Positions 53,801 to 62,800 of a DNA stretch of 64,000 bases are shown piece by piece (the first letter of the stretch is position 1; every line of letters begins with the position of its first letter). The DNA is from Proteromonas lacertae (taxonomy: Eukaryota): positions 310,001 to 374,000 of the forward strand of contig NGBS01000871.1 of assembly GCA_002245135.1 (NCBI GenBank). Direction: 5' to 3'. The notes beneath the pieces were generated by a model. That model was given only the letters and a program-made list of their open reading frames with translations, had not been told where the DNA came from and ran no database searches. A program made the position numbers and the translations under genes.

Positions 53801-56800
53801 GATGAAATAAAAATAGACGTTTCAAAACTTGAAACAGATGATAAAACAGCTGTGATTCGATCTGGAACAAGTACAATGGTTAAACCCAATAACATATTAC
53901 CAGAAACAAGTTATTATATTCGAATAAGACCAGTAAATGAGATTGGAAATGGAGAATGGAGTGTATTAGAAGATATAATCACATGTATTCCTAAAGAACC
54001 AATTCAAGCTGAATTTTATCCAGTAATAGATGACAAAACATCATTAGATCTATTTTGGTTGCCCAATAAAGAAACTACTGGTTGTATAAATGGGTTTACA
54101 GTAATTTATAATATCAAAGGAGATTTATCATCCACTAAACTAATCAATATAACGAGTGATGATTATGTATCATCAACAGGCAATTATTTATATTATCAAA
54201 TACACAATCTAACACCAGGAGCTGAATATAATATAATAATGAAATCTTACAATGACTATATATACAGTAAAGATCATTGTGTAGCTGAACCAAAATGTCA
54301 AAATACTTTAGAAAGATGTGAAGTATTACCAATTCCACGTCAATTGCCATTACCTCCTGATGAATTAATAATTGGTGGATATAAAACTGATAATCTATTT
54401 AATAGTTATTATTCAATAGTTACATTCACTTATAAAGATGAATTTGAATCAGGTGTTTCTCCAGAATATTTCTTAATGGAATATGATTATAGTAATACAT
54501 TTGATAGTTATTTTGGCTACTCTCTCTCTGAAATAGTTAATAATTATGAATCACCTATTGTTTATTATCATAAAAACACTACAATGTATTCATTTAATAT
54601 TACTCAATTAATAACTGGTAATTATTTATATGTAAGAGTAAGCACATGGAATAATTTAGGTCAAAGTTTATATTATACAATGGAATACTCATTTATAGTA
54701 GAAAAACCAGATCCTCCATCTTTAGTCAGTGTATATTTAACAAGAAGTGGATTTACTAAGAAAGAAAGATCCTCTACAATTAAAGCAGTTGTTTATCCAC
54801 CAAGATATAATGGTGGTTCAAATATTACATTGTTGAGTTTAGAATGGTCGAATATTCCATTTGATAATTATAATGATGTTAATTTAACTATTGATTATAG
54901 CGATTATAACTGTACTGGTGGTTATTATAGAATTGTTATTGATAATGAAGAAACTGCAAGAATACCAGTAAATGGAAATATTTATGGTATAAAAGATGCA
55001 ATTGAACATTTAGATAATGTCAATACAATAGAAATATCCAAAGAAAATGATATAGTGAATATATTATTTAAAGATCAAGTAATTCCCTACAAATCAATAG
55101 ATATTGATACATCAAATTTATATCCAATCAGTTGTAGAGATTCAATTGATATAAATTACAATAATGAAACAGAATTTAATATTTCAAATTATTGTCCAAC
55201 TACAGTAGATAATGGTATACGTGGAGATAGAAAACTATATAAGAATCCAATTGGTCAAACAATCGATGATGGTGTAATATTTTTAATCACAAATCTAAAA
55301 TCAGATGAAATAATATATGTAAGAGGATATGTTGAAAATATCTTAGGTAAAAGTACTTATACTAATTCACAACCTATTTCTATTAAGCCAAGATATCAAA
55401 CACCAGATATTGTATGTTCTCCACATTCTAATGAAACTTTGAATTATTGTGGAACTCCATTAAGTTATGTGTATGATAATACAACTATTTATCTTGAATG
55501 GAATAAACCATTATTTGATGGTGGAAAAAAGATTGATAATTATTACATTGAATATACTACAGATTCTAGTTTTAAGAATAAAAAATTAATTGAAGAAAGA
55601 ATAGTTAATAGTAATATATTCAAGACTAAATTAGAGAATTTAAAGACTGGAGAATTGTATTATATTAGAATATATGCCAAGAATCAAATAGGAAATGGAG
55701 ATTATTCCTATTTCAATCCAATATCATTAACACCAGCTTCTAAACCATTAGCTCCAACTATTACTAATGCAATAGTGAACAGTGCAACAGAAGTGAATAT
55801 ATCATTTGTTGCTGGTTATGATAATGGAGATGAAATAATAGGATATAAAATTGAAAGTTTTAGTGATCTAATCGAGCCAAGCTATATACCTGAAATATTA
55901 GATGTTCATTGCATTACTTGTAGTTTAGAAAGTAACATAAAATACGAAGTAACTGATGAAGAAATAAGAACAAATTTTGATATAATTCCAAATGGATATT
56001 ATACTATTTCAATAGGTGATTTTACTATTCCAATTAATGATAGTTTCGTTAATACATTCAATACATCAACAGCTGAATTGAATGGAGATTATTTACATTT
56101 ATTACATATATCAGATATGGTTCAAATTGTCTCAAGAAAATCAATATCAGAAACAGTTAGAATAGCCACAATTTATTACAGTTTAGAGGAAGATATCACC
56201 TATTTAACATTCACTAAACCATTAATAAGATTATATGTAAATGCAACAATCTATTTAAGACCAACTACTTATCCATTATATCAATTAACAGATGTTAAAG
56301 AAATAGAAAAAGCAATTTTACAACTACCATCAATAGGTATTGTTGAAGTTAAAAAACATGGAAATCATTTCAATATAAAGATGTTGACTGATTATGGTGA
56401 TAAAATATATAACAAATTATACATGAATTATCATTATTTACAGCATGAAGATGGAAGACCAGTAAAATATGAAACTACAATACAAAGAGGAATTAGACCT
56501 AACTACTATGGAGTGCAATATATAAACACAACCGAATTGAATATAACTGATTATATTGTTGAACAATTAATACCAGAAATTAATTATACAATAGTTGTAA
56601 CAGCATTAAGTAAGAATTATGGATATGGATATGTTTCTGATCCTATTTATATACAGACATTTGATTATCCATCTCCACCAGATTATGCGTTATTATTAGT
56701 TCATACAAATACAACATTAGAGTTAGTATATGATCAAATAGTGAATTATGAAGGAAGTTCAAAATTAGAATATTTCAGATTCCAATATTCTACTAATTCA

Positions 56801-59800
56801 TTATTTAATAGTGAAGATAATACAACAAAGACAGTTGATTTGAATATAACACATGAATATCAGAAAATCAATATAATATCAAGTAGTATTGTAGATAGTG
56901 GTTATTTCGCATTATCTTATGGTGATTACAGTGGTAATTATGATATTGATCATCCAATCTGTAATAATTGTATTAATGCAACTGAAGATGATGAATATTT
57001 CATTAGTAATGAGGTGTTATATATAAATGAAACTGTTATGATAGGTAATAAAGAATATAGAATATGTGATAATGATGAAGATAATAATAATAAATATTAT
57101 ATTTGTAGTGTAGAAGTGCTAATGGAAAATGTGACATTTGAAAATGATGTGAAAGATATGTATTTATTAAGAAAAGATACTATGATTGGTGGAGGAAAAA
57201 TAGAAAAAGCTGGTGATGATTCTTATTATTATATAGAAATTACTCCAGTTGATAATAATAAAGAAATAATAATAGATGAATATGATTTAATCAAAATAGG
57301 AGATTCAAATAGTGAGAATGAATATAGATTATTATCAACAAATACAAATAATAGATGGATTTTATCAAATGATGATTCACCTACATTTTCACCAATCACA
57401 ACTATAAATGAAGAAATATTAAAGAATAAGAAGAATAAATTATTACCAATATATAGACAACAAAAAACAGGTCATTTATTACCATCAATAACAGCTTATG
57501 AATTAAAAATAGAATTAGAAAAATTGCAAAGAATTGGTACAGTTGATGTAGAAAGAATTGATGGAAATGGTAATTCATATTTAATCACATTCACACAGTC
57601 AAATTATCTAATATCACCATTAAGATCTAATTCCTATAATTTACATAATTTAAAGAATGAAAAGATATATATAGAAATATACAGTATAAAGCATTATATA
57701 ATTGAAGAATTAACTCCAGATGTTGAATATTATGGAAGATTAGCAGCTTGTAATAAATATGGTTGTAGTAGAGAATATACATTAACAACACCAGAGAAAG
57801 AAGCAACAATCAATTCTAAGCCATTAACACCCTATTTATCAATATCCAAAGTATTATCAGATGAATATTTCAGAATTGAATGGAGTAAACCGTTGTTTAA
57901 TGGAGGTTTACCGATTGAATATTATAGTTTAACTTGTTCACTGGATAATACATATAAATCTTACAGTAAAACTTATAGAATTAATGTGAATGAGATGAAT
58001 GAAGTTAAACATATAGATAGAATCACATTATCAGGAAATACTTCAAATAGTAAAATTGAAGGATCATTCTTTATATCTTACCATTATTCATACACAAATG
58101 CATTACAATGGAATATTACAAGTTATAAACTAAAATTAGAGTTAGAAGCTTTGCCTACAATCTCAAAAGTAGAAGTAACAAGATATAAACTAGTGAATGG
58201 ATATTCATGGGATATTACATATTTATCAATGAGATATAATGGTGATTTAACAGGTAATTTAACAGTGAATTCATTAGGTTTAAAGAATGCAGATGTTGTA
58301 AGTTTATTAATGGATAATAATAATAATAACAATGATTATTATGAACCACCAATGAAAGGAACTTTGGATTATTATTTTGATGTAAAAGATAATTATTATG
58401 ATCCAACTACACTATTGCATACTTATTATTGTAGATTGAATGTGTTTAATGAGAAATACATAAGTTCCTCTGTTGAATTTGAAATTAACTTGAAGTGTAT
58501 TGAACCTTACTATTCTTCAATTGAATATTATAATGTATTAGAAGATGATGAAAGTACTTTAGAAATACATTTGAATAAACCAAAATATGTTTCATCAAGC
58601 TGTAATAATATAAGCAGAATAGAATATGATATGGATATTTTACCATCATTTAATAGTAAGTGTAAATTATTAAACATTGATGAAGATGGTGATGATAATA
58701 GTATAATTATTGATGAAAATGATGAGAATAATGAATATGACTGTTTACCTTCCAGTTTACACTCTTTATTTGATAATATAAATGTTAATTCAACTTTACC
58801 TACTACAATTACTATATCACCCGTTATACTAGGAAAACCTTATTATTTTAGAATTAGAAGTTATGTGGAAAATGATAGTGGAAATGAAATGAAATCTTTG
58901 TATTATATTTATTATAGAATTATACCAAAATCAACTCCATCTTTACCTGAAATTATTAAATTATATCCACACACAAATACAAGTTTATTATTATCATATA
59001 CTAATAATAAGAGAGAATCAAGTTATGGAAATAATGGAAATAATTTACAGAAACTTACTGTTGAATATGGAAAATTGGAAATAAGTAAATATCATTTAAG
59101 ATATGAAGATGATTTGAGTGGAATATTTTTTAGTTACAATTCGCTAGAAACTAAATGTATTAATAACAAAATAACAGTAAGTGAGATTATCTATGAATTA
59201 ACCTTCATTCCACAAATCATAGACTTAAATATAACAGAAATAAAAACTACTCATATTGGAGGTGGTGTTACTGAATTATTAATAGAATTTAAAGATATTT
59301 ATAATATATTTGATAATAAATTGAGTGTTTATAGATGTAATATCCCTGAAGATGATGTTAGTACAAATTATATATTGGATATGTTTACATTGAATGAAGG
59401 TTATCCAGGATTTATACCATCCATATTTAGACTTAAAACAACTATAAATAATAAACCAAGATTACTATCTTTAATTGAAGATGATGAAGTATTAGTTAGT
59501 AAAAAGAATATTAAATATGATAAAAAAGAAAGAAAATTGGCTTATTATAACAGCAATGATAAAGGATATTCAATTGGAATGTCAGTTGCTACAACATATT
59601 CAAAAACATCATATTGTGTAGTAAATGCAACAATTAATACAAATTACTTTATAATAAATGGTAAAGATGTACATTTAACAAAAGGTGAAGATATTAAAAT
59701 AGTTAATGATAATGGAATGGAATATGAATTTATAATTATCAATATAATAGAAAATGATAGTGGTATTAAGAAATATTATGTGAATAATTACTTTATTGAA

Positions 59801-62800
59801 GATATTGATGGTGAATTATATAGATATGATGAAGTATATACAGTTCAAGTTGGAGATGATAATACATTAGAGTTTATTGATAAAGGATCATTAGAAAAGG
59901 ATGATATCGTGTATATAAATGATATTAAATGTATAATTGAAGAAGCTGGTGATAATAATATTACATTTTCATTAGTAGATGTTAATACAAAGAGAATGTT
60001 GATAAATAATGATGATGATGAAATTCCAAAAGGTATTTATTTGTTAAGGAAATTCGTTTTTTCTGATTTTATTCCTTATAATGTTACTGCATTAGAGATG
60101 AAAACAATATTAGAAGAATTACCAGGTGTTGGAACAGTGGATGTATATCGATTTGGACCAACAGTGAATGATGAATATGAATATTATATAGCATTAACTT
60201 CACATTTAGGATTGTTCAATTGCAGTGATGAGAAAGATTATACTACCTATAACTGCTTTAGAATAAGGAATAATGATCAAAATAGTAATTATAAAATAGA
60301 TAGTGCTTTAATAAGACAAGGTACAGTTGAATATAATAACTTTAAATTTGAGAAATTGGAGAATAATTATGTTAATTATTTGAATAAATCTATTATTATC
60401 TCAAGCCAAGATCCAAGCCTAGATGGTTATGTTGTTTTAACTGTTAGTGAAGTTGATATTAAATTAGATCCATTTATGAATGCTGAAGAATTGCAAGTGT
60501 TATTTGAACAAATACCATCAAATGGAAGAGTTTATGTAATACAGAATATTGATATAAATAATAATGAAACATTTACAAAATATTCTAGAAACTTACAGAA
60601 TGAAGAATTTTCTTACAAATCTGAGTGGATAATAGTTTACACTTCAAGCACCAATGATATTCCACCAATCACAATCAAAGAGAATCATTTAACCGATATG
60701 AATGCAACAATTGAAATCATCGACAATGCAACTAAAATCTCAGGAATAAATCGATTTATAATACCAAACTTAATCACAGATGAATATTATTTCGCTAAAG
60801 TGTCATTATATGATAATAATTCATTATTAATGTCAAGTACAATTGAAGTACAATCTGAAGGTTTAGGAGTATTACCATTCCAAGAACAAGTCAGTGACAA
60901 AATACCATCACCAGTAATAGTAAATATTGAAGATATATCAGAATCTGAAATTAGTGTAAAATATCAATTGAAAGATGAAAATATTGAGAAATGTTTAGTT
61001 GAATGGTATTTGAATGTTACTAATTATTGTATTTATGAATTATCAATAACTTCAGAGTCTCCTAATATTAGTGGAATATTTACATTTTATGTTGAAACAA
61101 GTAAACCACATAATTATCCATTCGTTACACCTTATGAAGAAACTTATCCACTATCAGTTCAATCATCAGAGTTTGAGATTGCTCAAGCCTTGAATATTTT
61201 ATATCCATTAGGTGGAATTGAAGTGAAAAAAGAAGTATTGGATAATGGAGTAAAGTATTTAATTACATTTACACAACAAGGAATGGAAGATGGTAAATTA
61301 CCTGTAATTAAATTAAATGACCATTTAACCGATAGAGATATGATTTCTACAGTGGAAGTAAACTTCACTCAGATTAGTAACAATGCTAATTATATCGATT
61401 ATGAATCACAAACATCAATAATATCAAAAGATCGATGTAATAGTTATATAGATAATATATATCAAGGTAATTGTATAGAAAACTATGAAATACAGTCAAT
61501 CTTATTAGAATTTACAGAAAATAATATCAAATCAAGACAAGGCTCATTCTATTTATATTACAATAACAAAAGATCAAAGCCAGTTCCATACAATGCAACA
61601 TCTAATGAATTGATGAATGTTCTAGAAAATTCTTATCCAGAAATAATGAAAAATATAACCGTTACAAAATATACAATGAATGTAACAAAGCATCCTGAGT
61701 TTTATGAATCTGTTTGGGATATTACATTCCCTTCAAATGTCCAGAATATTGAAGAATTACAAGTTGATTATAAACATATATTAGGTCATTCACCCACAAT
61801 CCATATAATTCATCCATATTCAATAATAATAACCTCAGATGAAGATAACAGTGAATATATTAAAGGTAACTTTATTATATCATACAATGGAGAAGATAGT
61901 AGATCAATTGTTTATAATAATAATGATTTGGACAATGAAACAGAAATACAATCATTTAAAGAAGATATCGAAGATGCAGTACATCAAATTAAATCAATTA
62001 GAAGATGCGTAGTTTCAATATTACCAGTATTAAAGCCAATATCAGGAATTATTACAGTGAAGACTGGTGAAGATAAGATATATTTAAGTGAATATTGGAA
62101 TATTTATAATTTCAATAAGAATTTGATCAGAATAGAAGTTGGTGATTATATATGGATTGCTGATGATCGATATGAGATTAAAAATATAACAAATAATGAA
62201 GTGGAAATATATCCAAGTTTCATTAAAGAAAGTGGTGAATATACAGTATTTAAACAAGTAAAAGGTAAAAAGATATTAATACATTTAAGATCAGTAGTTG
62301 GATATGAAAATTTACAGACATTTAATATAAAACCTGATCCAGTAACTCCACTAAAAGGATATGGTATAAAGTTACAATTAATTACTCCATTCTCAATACC
62401 AAAATATGAATATCATATTGGAAATAATCTGAATACATATGTATTGACATTAGAAACAAAAGGCGTTAAAGAAAATAGTGAATTGTATTATAAAATAGAT
62501 GTTGATGACATTTATAATAATAATAATCCATCAATTTGTATAAAATACGATTGGAAAGATGAAATTATTAAGAATCGATTCCATGAGAAAGGTTATAAAG
62601 TGAATATTAAATCTTACACATTTGGTAATGATTATTGTGAACATGTAATTAATTTATATGGAAGATATGAAACACCATTACCAGTATTTATATTCAGTGG
62701 ATATTATAAAGATTCTGACTGTAATACAGTAATAGAAAGTAATAAAAATGATGGTGAAGAAACATATTATAAAGGAGAAATATCACATGAAGTAACATCC